A DNA stretch of 64,000 nucleotides from Octopus bimaculoides (lineage: Eukaryota), in NCBI RefSeq assembly GCF_001194135.2, contig NC_068995.1, positions 50,154,852 to 50,218,851 of the forward strand. The letters run 5' to 3'. The notes beneath the pieces are model-generated. The model worked only from the letters and a program-made list of their open reading frames with translations. It ran no database searches and was not told the DNA's origin. The position numbers were made by a program, and so were the translations under genes. Shown piece by piece: positions 1 to 13,125 of the stretch. Each line of letters opens with the position of its first letter. Position 1 is the stretch's first letter.

Positions 1-320
1 AATAAAATAGGATCTGACGTTTTTTGAGAACTGTCTTTTTATCAAAGAAAGACAAACAAAACCTTTCCAGTCTCTCTCTCTCTCTCTCAGATAAAGTGAT
101 AATCCCAAAGTCTTACATTCCTTTTCTCCCTGCAACATACAAACTGATCTAAATTCCTGAGCTTTATTATGTAATTTTTGCTGATGTAAACCACCATGAG
201 TTTACCAGTCTGTTATCTTTCTGCTGAGTAATCTGTTTGCCTTTTGGAGTGGAGTAAAATAGAAAGACTGTAGCAAGGACACCATGCCTCCTTAACTCGA
301 CTGAATTAATGGTTTTGTTA

Positions 321-351
<31 letters not shown>

Positions 352-356
352 GCTAC

Positions 357-577
357 TTATTTCTTTATTGCCCACAAGGGGCTAAACATAGAGGGGACAA
401 ACAAAGGAATTAAGTCGATTACATCGATCCCAGTGCGTAACTGGTACTTAATTTATCGACCCCGAAAGGATGAAAGGCAAAGTCGACCTCGGCGGAATTT
501 GAACTCAGAACATAACGGCAGACAAAGTACAGCTAAGCATTTCGCCCGGCGTGCTAACGATTCTGCCAGCTCGCCGC
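357..577 (-). mobile_element. Family C SINE, representative copy
   Basis: ggcgagctggcagaatcgttagcacgccgggcgaaatgcttag...gagttcaaattccgccgaggtcgac. Copies at ~19452-19670, 26706-26920, 39480-39680(-), 41860-42035(-), 57545-57740, 58700-58860. Confidence 0.85.
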
Positions 578-2500
578 TGCTACTACTACAACAATTACTA
601 CTACTACAACAACTACTACTACTACTACAACAACTACTACTACTAGAGACCTGGCTTCAGAGAAACAGACTAAAATAAAATTATCAATATTAGAAAATCT
701 GCCAGGGAAGCCTTCCACGTAAAGAACATATGATTAAATATAGGCTGACACAATGGAGTGAACCCAAAAAGAAATTTTGATCAATGGAAAGGTTATGTCA
801 ATGATGTTAATGGCAAGTCTTTGTCAAAAAAGGCAAAAGAGAGAATCCTGTGATATTCAAATTGAAAATTTAATTTAAAATTGAACAGGATTGTCTAATC
901 TTTGGTTTGGTAAAGAAGTAGAAAACCTTAGACATGTCTTGTTTATCTTATTAAACCTTCTCAGTGAAATCTCTAACACACGTCCATACCAGAAATTAGA
1001 ATGACTGAGGTGGTGGTGGTGATGGTACATAAAATTATTTCTGTCAAAAAATATCCATAAACAACAGCATTGTCAGCAACAGTTGCAGCTGTTGCCACAA
1101 CGTGATGATGTAACCTATATTTCGTAGTTTGTGGCAATTTGTTATGATTATGTCACTGCAGACAAGTCTGACATAATCCATAATAACGGTGACATGTTAT
1201 TAGAATATAAATGGTGGTGTTTCTTTTCATGTGGTCCGAGTGTGGTGCTTTCTTCTATAATTCATGTGAGCTGTAAATGTCAAAGAAATGTTGAATGCAA
1301 TAATTATTAGCATTTTGGCGTGGTTCGTTCATGTTGTAATTGTTGTTCAGCTCCAGATCAGCCCTGCTTGGACAGTCCTTTGGTCTGAGACATTCTAGTC
1401 ATGCCCATCTTGCACAATATCTATGACAACAATATCTAATGTACTGCTTCCTTACTTAAGACAGTAGGGTATGATCTGAAGGAAATTTGACTGCTATATC
1501 TAGCTGGTTGAGTGACCACTTAGCATCTTTGTTGGCTCACAATTAGACACATATCAATCATGATCAAGTAGACCTCTTATTAAAGACAGTCCAGCCATGA
1601 CCATTCAGTGTGTTTGTACAACAGAGAGTACATTGTATGATGTGTCATTATTAATGACCTGTCAAGCATGCTCCACATCTCACCTCCCTACCCATCCCCA
1701 TTGCTTCAAGGCACATATAACGTCCCCTAATTCTTTATTCTACCAGTTACAGCCATTTCCCCTACTTCCATCCATCATTCTCATTAGCATCCCTTCCCAT
1801 AGGCATCCAACTATCCCCTGCTTCATAATCTCTCTCCTTTGCCATACTTCATCTTAAAACTGCTCATATCTGCTAGCATTCCCAACGCCAGCTGAGTGGA
1901 CTGGAGCAATGTGAAATGAAGTGTTTTGCTCAAGGACGTAATGTGTTGCCCAGTCCAGGAATTGAAACCACAATGTCAAGATCATGAGTCCGACACCCTA
2001 ACCACTAAATCACATGCCTCCACAATGCAATGGATGGACAATGTCAAGGGCTTGTTGGGCAAGAATGATGAGACAGCAGGAGAACTTGTGCTTAATTGGG
2101 AAGACTTCCATAGTAGTGTCATCAATGCACTGCAGGTGTATAATACACCACAAGTGATGCTTGTGGTGGTGGTGGTGCTAATGATGCTTGTGGTGGCAGT
2201 GGTGGTGGTGGTGGTGGTGGTGGTGCTAGTGATGCTTGTGGTGGTGATGTTGGTAACACTTGCTATTGATATGACCCAACTCCTATTAATGACGGTGGTG
2301 GGAAAAATCCAGAGTCACTTTTCACGTCATCATTACCATTATCACAAAACTCTCTCACATTAGAGAAGGACAACATTTCACACTTTGCACAAACAAAAAA
2401 CCCAGTGAAACATCAAAAGTGTCTTCTACAATAACATCAGATCAACCAAAGTCTTGTGAGTACATTTGGTAGATAGAAACTGAAACAAGTCAGACATGGG

Positions 2501-2510
2501 CGTGTGTGTG

Positions 2511-2541
<31 letters not shown>

Positions 2542-2550
2542 ATGTGTGTG

Positions 2551-2619
<69 letters not shown>
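2501..2619. repeat. (TG)n microsatellite
   Basis: Direct reading. Confidence 0.97.
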
Positions 2620-2622
<3 letters not shown>

Positions 2623-5398
2623 TCTCCTTGTCTTGACATCAAGTGATAGTTGGGAGTGTCACTCTCATACAAGCAGTCATTCTTTTTGAATATTCTGTGT
2701 GAACATATCTGGCTGTCAGGAAATATTACCTTATTTGGAAACAGGTGGGGGGGTGGCAACAGGAAAGGCATCCAGCTGTATATGCCTCATGTAAACTGTT
2801 CAATCCATGTGAGCATGGGAAACAATGATGATATTGATGATGATGATGAAATTACATCCATAATGAAAGGCCAAGTCACTGGTGATAATGATTGGTCTTG
2901 TCATGAAAGGCAAAGGAAAGAGCTCAGTGAAAATTAAATGGGGTTGTCTGGTCTTTGGTTTGGTAAGAATAAGGAAAACTCCAGACATGTTTTGGTGTTA
3001 TAAAACCTCCTCGGTGAGACACCTAAGACACATATAGACCCTGGTTGAGATCCACTACTCCAGATTCACTCAGATTGAGCAGACATATAAGTAAAAGCAT
3101 TCCAGCCACGATCATCCTGTATTTTAAGGGATTTTCTATGCCAACAATATCTAAAGATCCACATGGAAGAAATAAGAAAAAACACACGCAAACAAACGAA
3201 AAAGACCCATACATGCCATTCTAACTTCAGTTGACATCTGGAATGCTTTTGTTTCACTACACTAGTCACTAGTCATACACTCTTGTAATTGAGAGTGTGC
3301 AAGTTATTCTAGGAAAAGGACTTGAAAAAAAAATTACTAGATGAAGTACCTCACTTACCAAGTCCAGTATTACGCACAGAAATAAATGTGCCCTATTTAT
3401 TATTCAACCAGGATGTAAATCAATTACTAAATCAAGGATGTAATTTAGTAAGTACGAATGTTTAAAATTATCATCACCATCATCGTTTAACATCTGTTTT
3501 CCATCCTGGTATGGGATGGACGGTTTGACTGAGGTCTGGAGAGCCAGTGGCTGCACCAGGTTCTAATCTGATCTGGCAATTTTTCTACAGATGGATGCCC
3601 TTCCTAATGCCAACCACTCCGAGAGTGTAGTGGGTGCTTTTATGTGCCACTGGCACAGGAGCCAGTCAGGTGGCCCTGGCATTGATCACGTTTGGATAGT
3701 GATTTTTACGTGCCACCAGCACAGGGGCCAGTCAGGGAGTACTGGCATTGATCATGTTCAGATGGTGCTTTTTATGTGCTACTGGCATGGGAGTCAGCCA
3801 GAGGGTACTGGCATTGGCCATGGCTAGACACTCGCCCATGGTGCCACGCAGTGGGACTGAACCCGGAACTATGTGGTTCATAAACAAGCTACTTACGACA
3901 CAGCCACTCATACACACACTCGTGTTCATAGAACATGATCAACGTTTTATTTTACTGAACCCTCATTTGTTGTTCACAACAAGAGAATCCATTTTCGAGA
4001 CCTTGACTACTGACCGAGACCTTTGGAAATGTGCTGTGCGTGAGAAGACCCGGCAAGCCAAGTAAGATCGTTGCCAGTGCCCCTGGACTGGCTCTTGTGC
4101 GGGTGGCACATGAGATGCACCATTTTGAGCGTGGCCGTTGCCAGTACCGCCTGACTGGCTCCCGTAGGATTTTCGAGTGAGATCGTTGCCAGTGCCCCTG
4201 GACTGGCTTGTGCGGGTGGCACATAAAAGACACCATTTCGAGCGTGGCCGTTTTCGTGCAGGTGACACGTAAAACCACCCACTACACTCTCTGAGTGGTT
4301 GGTGTTAGGAAGGGCATCCAGCTGTAGAAACTCTGNNNNNNNNNNNNNNNNNNNNNNNNNNNNNNNNNNNNNNNNNNNNNNNNNNNNNNNNNNNNNNNNN
4401 NNNNNNNNNNNNNNNNNNNNNNNNNNNNNNNNNNNNNNNNNNNNNNNNNNNNNNNNNNNNNNNNNNNNNNNNNNNNNNNNNNNNNNNNNNNNNNNNNNNN
4501 NNNNNNNNNNNNNNNNNNNNNNNNNNNNNNNNNNNNNNNNNNNNNNNNNNNNNNNNNNNNNNNNNNNNNNNNNNNNNNGTGTGTGTGTGTATGTATATAT
4601 ATATATATATATCATCATCATCATCATCATCGTTTAACGTCCACGTTCCATGCTAGCATGGGTTGGACGATTTGACTGAGGACTGGTGAAACCGGATGGC
4701 AACACCAGGCTCCAATCTAATTTGGCAGAGTTTCTACAGCTGGATGCCCTTCCTAACGCCAACCACTCAGAGAGTGTAGTGGGTGCTTTTACGTGTCACC
4801 CGCACGAAAACGGCCACGCTCGAAATGGTGTCTTTTATGTGCCACCCGCACAAGAGCCAGTCCAGGGGCACTGGCAACGATCTCACTCGAAAATCCTACG
4901 GGAGCCAGTCAGGCGGTACTGGCAATGGCCACGCTCAAAATGGTGCATCTCATGTTGTTCACAACAAGAGAATCCATTTTCGAGACCTTGACTACTGACC
5001 GATAAGAAGTCAGAATAAAAATATGTAATTAATCAGAAAAGCAGGAAACTCAGGAAAGTGATTCATAGTAATTCTTCACAGATAAGAACTGAGCACCAAA
5101 CACCAGCCCCAGAAACAGCTGTAAAGGATTACCCCTATTCATTGTTCTCTCATTTGTGAGGTTCAAGTATGAACTCTATGAACTCAATGAAGAATGGCTT
5201 TGCAGGACTAGTCAGCCCAAGGCTATTATAGAAGATACAGATATTTGCTCAAAACGCCATATAGTTGCTTCTGCTAAATATTAATAATAATATACAAATA
5301 CTCATATTTTGAGCTCTGTTTTTTCTGTTTGCACCACCATATCTATATATACAAATAAATATAAATTCCTTTATGACTATGTATGCATGCCAACTTAC

Positions 5399-5478
5399 CA
5401 GGTTCAAACAATGACAACATCAGATTTGACTTTTTCTTGCTGTCTGCCCAAGAATATAACATTCCATACCAGTTTTCC
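5399..5478 (-). CDS. INTS14: INTS14 coding exon 6; later exons probably lie left of the window
   Basis: gtctcag|(G)ENWYGMLYSWADSKKKSNLMLSLFEP(G)|gtaagt; 80 nt, phase 2/1; resembles WHGMLYSQADSKKKSNLMMSLFEPG. I found no next exon in 1-5398. Confidence 0.93.
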
Positions 5479-5889
5479 CTGAGACATGAAAGAAGAAAAA
5501 TCAAGAAACAGTAAAAATACAATGGAAAATGGAATAAACCATAAGGAAAACTCTAGTAAACATGCTTGGCTCAATGTTAGTCTTATTCTGATACATACAT
5601 ATATATATTATTTGATAAACACAATATATGATCTTATGTGTTACTATTAGTTTCATGTGCTGAGAACATGCCAGAAAGTATTTTTTGTTTTACCAGTTTC
5701 CGCACAAAGCTGTCACCATATTGGGGTACTGCCGGTTTGCTACACTGTTATTATTGAGAGCCTCCTCTGATATGTGGCATTTGGTGAATAAGGGAGTTTG
5801 ATGTCACTACCCTTATTTGCTCCTCCTGTCGTGAGGCAGGTTCATCTGGGACTCTCGACAGGTAGAGATCCAGTTTTGATTTGAAAACA

Positions 5890-7012
5890 CATACATCCAA
5901 ACCCTAAAACCTTCTATAGATATGCAAAAGAATCTGCTTCAGTATGGTACAAAACAGTGCCACTACTTGAAGAAAATGGCTCACCGATTGCATACCCCCA
6001 GACGATCAGTGAAATACTGAACGTGCAATACAAGATTACTTTCACCCCCCCCCCCNNNNNNNNNNNNNNNNNNNNNNNNNNNNNNNNNNNNNNNNNNNNN
6101 NNNNNNNNNNNNNNNNNNNNNNNNNNNNNNNNNNNNNNNNNNNNNNNNNNNNNNNNNNNNNNNNNNNNNNNNNNNNNNNNNNNNNNNNNNNNNNNNNNNN
6201 NNNNNNNNNNNNNNNNNNNNNNNNNNNNNNNNNNNNNNNNNNNNNNNNNNNNNNNNNNNNNNNNNNNNNNNNNNNNNNNNNNNNNNNNNNNNNNNNNNNN
6301 NNNNNNNNNNNNNNNNNNNNNNNNNNNNNNNNNNNNNNNNNNNNNNNNNNNNNNNNNNNNNTGTTATGCCTGATGAGTTCTTTGGCTCCACAGATCTACA
6401 CAACAAAATGGCAATTATTGACAGCATCAACATAGAGGAAACTGATGTGATATCATCCATTGATGAGATGAGCACAAACTCATCAACAAGCCCTGATGGA
6501 TTCCTAGAAATCCTCCTAAAGAAATTCAAAGGGGCTCTAGCCAGACCACTTCAGATTCTCTTCCAGAGCTTCCTCACAATAGGGAGACTTGCCAAAAAAG
6601 TTAAAGGAAGGCATTATATGCCCTATCCAAAAGGGAGGTAGCAGAGCAGATGCTAAGAATTATAGACCTGTCTCTCTAACTTCTCATGTCAGCAAAGTCA
6701 TGGAGCGCATTGTCAGGAAGAAACTAATTGCATTCCTTGAAGATAATGACAGCTTTTTAATATTCTCCCAAAGAGCCTGGGGAACCTGTACAAAGTAGAT
6801 GTAGGCGTTTTTAAATCAAGGCTGGACCTCTTTCTGCTGAGAGTCCCAAATGAATCTACCTCATGGCATGAGGTGCAAATGAGGGTAGCTGCATCAAACT
6901 CCGTTCTTCACCAAGTGCCACATATTAGAGAAGGATCTCAGTAAAAATAGGGTAGCAAAACAGCAGTGCTCCAGCATGGCCACAGCTCTGAGCTGAAACT
7001 ACAAAAAAAAAA
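5890..7012 (+). mobile_element. CR1/L2-like non-LTR retrotransposon remnant, gapped and internally deleted
   Basis: RT N-terminal motifs (SPDG, CPIQKGGSRADAKNYRPVSLTSHVSKVMERIV) jump at ~6752 to the C-terminus (FNILPKSL...VFKSRLDLFLLRVP...AASNSVLHQ*), followed by a 3' UTR and an A-tail at ~7003. Confidence 0.8.
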
Positions 7013-7048
7013 TGTATATATGTGCATATTTATATATGTGTCTGTGTA

Positions 7049-7090
<42 letters not shown>

Positions 7091-7489
7091 TAGTCAAACT
7101 GTGCAACCCATGCCAGNNNNNNNNNNNNNNNNNNNNNNNNNNNNNNNNNNNNNNNNNNNNNNNNNNNNNNNNNNNNNNNNNNNNNNNNNNNNNNNNNNNN
7201 NNNNNNNNNNNNNNNNNNNNNNNNNNNNNNNNNNNNNNNNNNNNNNNNNNNNNNNNNNNNNNNNNNATATATATATATATATATATATATATAAATCGGA
7301 CTGGAGCCTGGTGTTGCCATCCGGCTTCACCAGTCCTCAGTCAAATCGTCCAACCCATGCTAGCATGGAAAGCGGACGTTAAACGATGATGATGATGATG
7401 ATGATACATATACATATATAAATACATAACGCAAACATACACGTAGTATAGTATAAACAGTGATGTCATCCTCTGGTGTGTTATGTTAT

Positions 7490-8423
7490 GATTATGTAAG
7501 TGAAGGAATGAATGAAATGTTTTGCTTAATAAAAAACAAATGCAACTTCAACCATTATGAAAAAGCATCCAGCTGTGGAAACAATGCCAAAATTAAATGT
7601 GCAAGTGAAACACAGGTCACTGACCTGTTTAAGAGAAGAGCAAGTCGAAACAACAACTTATTCCATGCTGACCTGTCCAACACACACACACACAAATCTT
7701 ATCTTTTATCTGTTACTTGCACCATGTTCCACATTACGTTCTTTATTTCGCCTTCAGCTCTTCAGCTATGTTGCCTCCGAGAATCCTTCTAACGTGATGA
7801 AATTAATGGAAGTTTATGCGCCAATGTGGTTCACAATTAAATGCAACTCTTCCTTGAAAAATGGGGCTCAAAATGTGTTTGAGATGATTGAGTCTTTGAG
7901 AGAAATGGATCAAGCAGTACAAGACATTGTACTTCCAGTTATACAATGGAATGCTTGCTTCGCGCACCCAGAAAATATTTTACTGGCCATGATAAACGAT
8001 GAATGGAACAACATTGAAGAACTAACATGGAGGCACATAAAGCAGGCTTGAACACAGCATAAAGGGAAATCTGTGTGACCTTTCAAAATTCCTACCCTAA
8101 ACTCTGCTGTCTCAAACGATATGGACATAATTAATTGGCAGGACATTAGTGTTACTCAACCATCTCTAACAAAGGTATTTTCCAATGAAGAAATTGATAC
8201 CTTCATTCAACAGTGGCATTTGATGCAACTGGGAAAATTATCATGCCACACCCAAGTGGTGGAGAGATGTGTAAAACTTGTGATAGAAGCATTGTCTAAT
8301 GTTTGTAGTGAGAACAGTCAAGATGGTTTCATTAGGAGTCGAATCAAATCAAGAGAAAAAATTCCAGTTTTCAAGACAAAAAACGACTTCAAACTGAAAG
8401 GTAATACAGCAATAATCAATTAG
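7490..8423 (+). mobile_element. Degenerate DNA-transposase-like ORF remnants
   Basis: Broken ORFs 7557-8051 and 8121-8423 with VYAPMWFTIK, NACFAHPENILLAM and CHTQVVERCVKLV...DGFIRSRIKSR, motifs I recognise from a widespread invertebrate transposon-derived family; superfamily not assigned. Confidence 0.6.
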
Positions 8424-10271
8424 AATTGTTTAGTTGTAGCTATTTTGAACATAATAAACAATTAGCATTATGTTATTTTAGGAATTTCCAAAACAACAAA
8501 TTTTTAACTATTCCATTCTTTATTTGAGAGTGAGATGTTAATTCTTGTCTATGAAAACTGCATATCAAGTTTATTAATTCATTGTGAGTTATTTAAATTC
8601 TTGTTGAGTTTATTAATTCCTCGTGAGTTGTTCCTATCCTAGTCGAGTTTATTAATTCCTTGTTGCCACTGTTATATCCTTAAAATGCTGGATTGCTATA
8701 ACATCATTTCGGTATACAGCATACTTAGTAAAACCAGTAAAGACACGATTATCTCTGATTGTCTAACACATACTCTCATAGCTCTCATCCTTCTCTTTAC
8801 TTATAGTGACTAGGTAATTCTATTTATCTCATAGGAAGGGTGTATGATTATTATTAATTCTCTACAAACAGTAGTACAAAAAAAAAAAGAAGAAGAATTG
8901 GATTAAATTGGTCCGTAAGGAAGGAAGTGGGTGAGTGTCTGAATTTCATAAATTTCTAAAATTACTTTCATAAAAAGCACTCCCACCACATTATCTGCAA
9001 GGGTGTGGACATCCAACTTCCGTGGGAGTACGATTCTGCCAAGGCACTCTTTTGTAAAAAATTACCCAGCAACTAAGAAGATCTGAAGAAGGGATTGTAT
9101 TCCGAAATATCATTGGACTATAGATAACTAAATTACAACAAGTACATAGTCCATTTTTTGTATATATAGTGCATTGTTGTACCATTCAAAAAACTTTTTA
9201 TTCTTTACAAATATATATATATATATATATATGCATACACACACACAAAACATGAGAAAACGTGGCATGAACTTATGTATTGCTTCATTCAATGTGACAT
9301 TTTATGGTTTATATATGTGAATAACCCAACAAAATAGATTATTAACAATATGTAAGGAAATGCACTCTCATGAAACATTGGAAATAAAGACATAAATGCT
9401 CTGCCTAAAATTCATTGAACTACTGTGAGAATTGCAGGTTTCCTTTCTTCCCTGGCCATGTTTCCTATAATAGCTTTTTCAAAATATATGTACAGAAATT
9501 ACATAAGTGGTCTCATGAAAATGGGAAAAGTGTGGGATACTTCCNNNNNNNNNNNNNNNNNNNNNNNNNNNNNNNNNNNNNNNNNNNNNNNGTACCATTC
9601 AAAAAACTTTTTATTCTTTACAAATATATATATATATATATATATCATCATCATCGTCGTCGTTTAACGTCCGCTTTCCATGCTAGCATGGGTTGGACGA
9701 TTTGACTGAGGACTGGTGAAACCAGATGGCTACACCAGGCTCCAATCTGATTTGGCAGAGTTTCTACGGCTGGATGCCCTTCCTAACGCCATATATATAT
9801 ATATGTATATAAATATATAGACACACACACATATATGTATGTATATACCTCATGGAGCTTTAGGTGTTTTCGCTCAATAAACACTCACAACGCCCGGTCC
9901 GGGAATCGAAACCGCGATCCTATGACCGCAAGTCCGCTGCCCTAACCACTGGGCCATTGCGCCTCCATGTATAAACACGTACACACACACACATGCAGAC
10001 ACATAAATCAACTGCTGAAAACACTTTGTTGCAGCTTACCTGGAGGATTGTGGAGGTGTGGTGATAGCCATACATGTAATAGCTGTAGTGACATTAAAGC
10101 AGACTTCACACAAACATCTTCTGTCATACACACACACACACGGTCCATGGCATGTTCAGACTACTGTTGTGTATCCCATACGACATGATCAGACAAAGCC
10201 ACTAAGATACGATATTTATATCCATTCCAACGATAGCAAAAGGGTTTAAGCTTTAAGACTAAATCAATAAT

Positions 10272-10693
10272 TTAATCCTTCAGCGTTTCAACTCTCATAT
10301 CTTGCCACCAAAATAAAATACCTGTTATGTGTGCAAACTGGCCTCTAGAACCTACCCAGGTATGTTTGACTTAATCTTTCATACTTTTTGGTGGGGGGGT
10401 AGCCGTAGGGTCAAAGTAATCAACTTGCCCTCCACCAACATAGCGGGCCTTATGCCTAAATTCAAAACCAACGCTAGTATTCAGATTATTCTCCCGAATC
10501 TAATGTTTATTTATTCACATTATTTTGAATTTGTCATCCATTATCTTCTAGCTTTGATATTTTGATGACATGATTGTTTATTTTAAGAATGACATTATAG
10601 GATAAGCGTGAGAGGCCGGATCTGGTCAGTTTAAGCATAAAACAGATAGAATATTTGAGCCTGACATGGTCAGTTTAAATATTAAAGGATTAA
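10272..10693. mobile_element. piggyBac-like MITE with an internal SINE fragment
   Basis: TTAA-tcctt...aagga-TTAA termini; related sequence at ~11315-11450 and 53946-54183. Confidence 0.5.
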
Positions 10694-11037
10694 TGAGTTA
10701 AGTAAAATAAAAGATACCCTCCCCCACTTTTTTTTTTAGTACAGATGAGCCTCCTACCTAAAGGTTCTAATGTATTTGCAGTCTGCTCCAATACTGGAAA
10801 GGTTCCTTGCCACTAGCCAAGAAATTGCAGCCAAATATCCCTCACTATCTTTAAAAGGAGAAATACATCAAATAAAGTAATCCTATGTACACTCAGCCTG
10901 AATAAAATCTAAAAACAAACAGGATGGTCACAGCTGGAATGCCTTTCAAATTGCACTCAATACAAGTCAATAAAACACTGTACGACAGTCGGTGTCATAT
11001 GGAACTGAAGAGAAAGAAACATGACATGGCAACTTGT

Positions 11038-11143
11038 CATGTGATTTTAGTCAGCTGGTCATGTGATTTTAGTCAGCTGGTCATGTGATTTTAGTCAGCT
11101 GGTCATGTGATTTTAGTCAGCTGGTCATGTGATTTTAGTCAGC
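11038..11143. repeat. 22-nt tandem minisatellite, about 4.8 copies
   Basis: Unit gtgattttagtcagctggtcat, perfect copies. Confidence 0.95.
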
Positions 11144-12920
11144 CGTCTCAGAGTTATATGTCTGCTCAAGATTTTATTGATGTTGAGCACCAGGCACATC
11201 CTGATTGACCAGATTTATGATGAAAGGCATTCTAGCCATGACCCTCCAACCTTTTCTGATATAGTTTATCTCAGGTTATGTTATTTAATATGGTCTTCAT
11301 TTTTTTTCTTTAACATTTAAACCAGCCGCAACAGGTCCAAATATTCTACCTGTTTTATATTCATTCAAAACAAACCAGATCTAGCCTCTTACACTTACCC
11401 ACCAATGTCATTGTAAAAGTAAATAATCATATCAACAAAATCTAGAAAGTTACCCTCGAAAGCACAAGTCCAGGTAAGGTTGTTTATGAAAGACTAGCAG
11501 TTGTCCATGTATACCAGCCTCCGTTCTCCATGTCACTGATGTTATTCAAGGGAAAGGCAAAGGCTGATGCCGCTTGACACCAGTGACACTGCAACTCATT
11601 TCTACGGTGGAGTGAACTGGAACAATCTGAAATTAAGTGTCTTGCTCAAGAACACAACACACAACCTGGTCCAGAAATCGAACTCAATACCTCATGTTTG
11701 TGAGCCTGATGTTCTAACCACCCAGTCATGCACCTTCACAAGCTACAAGGTAATGCACAATTAATTCCAAAACAATGTAAATAAAAAAGCAAAACACGCT
11801 CTTGCAGCCAGCAGGATGTGATTTGAGATTTGTTTATTATTTCTAGCAAGTCAAGTCACCATATAAATCAAACATGAGTAAGTGTTTTCCTAGCAGCAGA
11901 CCTTGTGATATATCATAAGTCATAAATCAAGTCATCTCTAAAGCAATAAACATCATATGTTGTACACTATGACTTACATTAAATAAATCATTAAAATTTA
12001 TTAGTATGACCTACAAATTATATTTAGAAAGTTTTGGCAAAATTTGTTGTTCATCATCATCATCGTTGATGTCCTCATCAGATCATTTTTATGTTCATTT
12101 TTTTTGCATGCAGGAATGAATTTGACAAGACTTTTTGGGGCAGTATTCTAAGGCAGGACACCCTTCTGTTACCAACCATTTACCTGTTTTTCACTGGTCT
12201 TCAACATATTGAAATTAAGCTAGGGGACATACGGCTTATTGGACGAGAAAAACTAATATCACTATTTTGCTCAAACAGTAGTTACGCGAAAACACATGGA
12301 AAGAAACACACATACATCTTCACACACAAACAGACCAGCTTCTATACTGCTTCCATCAGCCAAATTTTGCTCACAAAGCTTTGGTCAGCTCAGTTATAGT
12401 AGAAGAATATTTACCTGTGGCCGCTGCTACTGTTGCATACCTGGCACCTGCGCCGGTGGCATGTAAAAAGTACCCTTCAAACTTTAGGCATCATGGAGGC
12501 AGTGACAAGAGAGACTGTAGTCATGGCTGATGCTGGTGTTTCTTGACAGACACCTGTGCTGGTGGTACATAAAAAGCACCTACTCTCGGAGTGGTTGGCG
12601 TTAGGAAGGGCATCCAGCTGTAGAAACTCTGCCAGATCAGATTGGAGCCTGGTGTAGCCTTCTGGCTTGCCAGTCCTCAGTCAAATCGTCCAACTCATGC
12701 TAGCATGGAAAGTGGACGTTAAACGATGATGATGATGAAACTTTGAATTTAGTTCATGGACCTCCAGTACTACCTTTGCGGACCACCAGGAGTCTACAGA
12801 CTACCAGGGATCTGCGGTCCATAGATTGGGAACTACTGCACTAAGCTATGCACCTTCACACCTGCATCCACAAGCTGTAATAATAGTAATGATAGTTTTG
12901 AGAAAATAAGAAGAACTCAC

Positions 12921-13125
12921 CCTACTTCAGTAAGGGCAACCATGCCTTCCACTTTCAAACTTCCATGTAGTAAGACACTAAAAGACGGTGCTTTGCCTCC
13001 TTCTGCAGCAGCTGCAGCTGCTGCCGCTGCCGCTGCAGCTTTCCCTGCCTCGTCTGTGGTTGATGAAACAACATCTTCATCTCCGTCTTTGGATTCTTTG
13101 TTGTTGTTAGTTTCACCATTTGATT
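12921..13125 (-). CDS. INTS14: INTS14 coding exon 5 (poly-Ala insertion)
   Basis: atttcag|(E)SNGETNNNKESKDGDEDVVSSTTDEAGK-A12-EGGKAPSFSVLLHGSLKVEGMVALTEV(G)|gtgagt; 205 nt, phase 1/2; conserved LLHGSLKVEGMVA. Confidence 0.93.

Noticed and set aside
1926-2363. 145-aa Val-rich ORF resembling a membrane protein
   Set aside because: The hydrophobicity comes from a (GGT)n repeat, and it is antisense within an INTS14 intron.
9179-9645. Duplicated gtaccattcaaaaaactttttattctttacaaa(ta)n around a gap
   Set aside because: I considered empty versus filled SINE alleles, but the downstream flanks do not match; probably a scaffold artefact.
9896-9966. tRNA gene candidates (also ~21235, 24466, 52209)
   Set aside because: A/B boxes are present but they run into SINE bodies and lack a proper acceptor stem; these are SINE heads.
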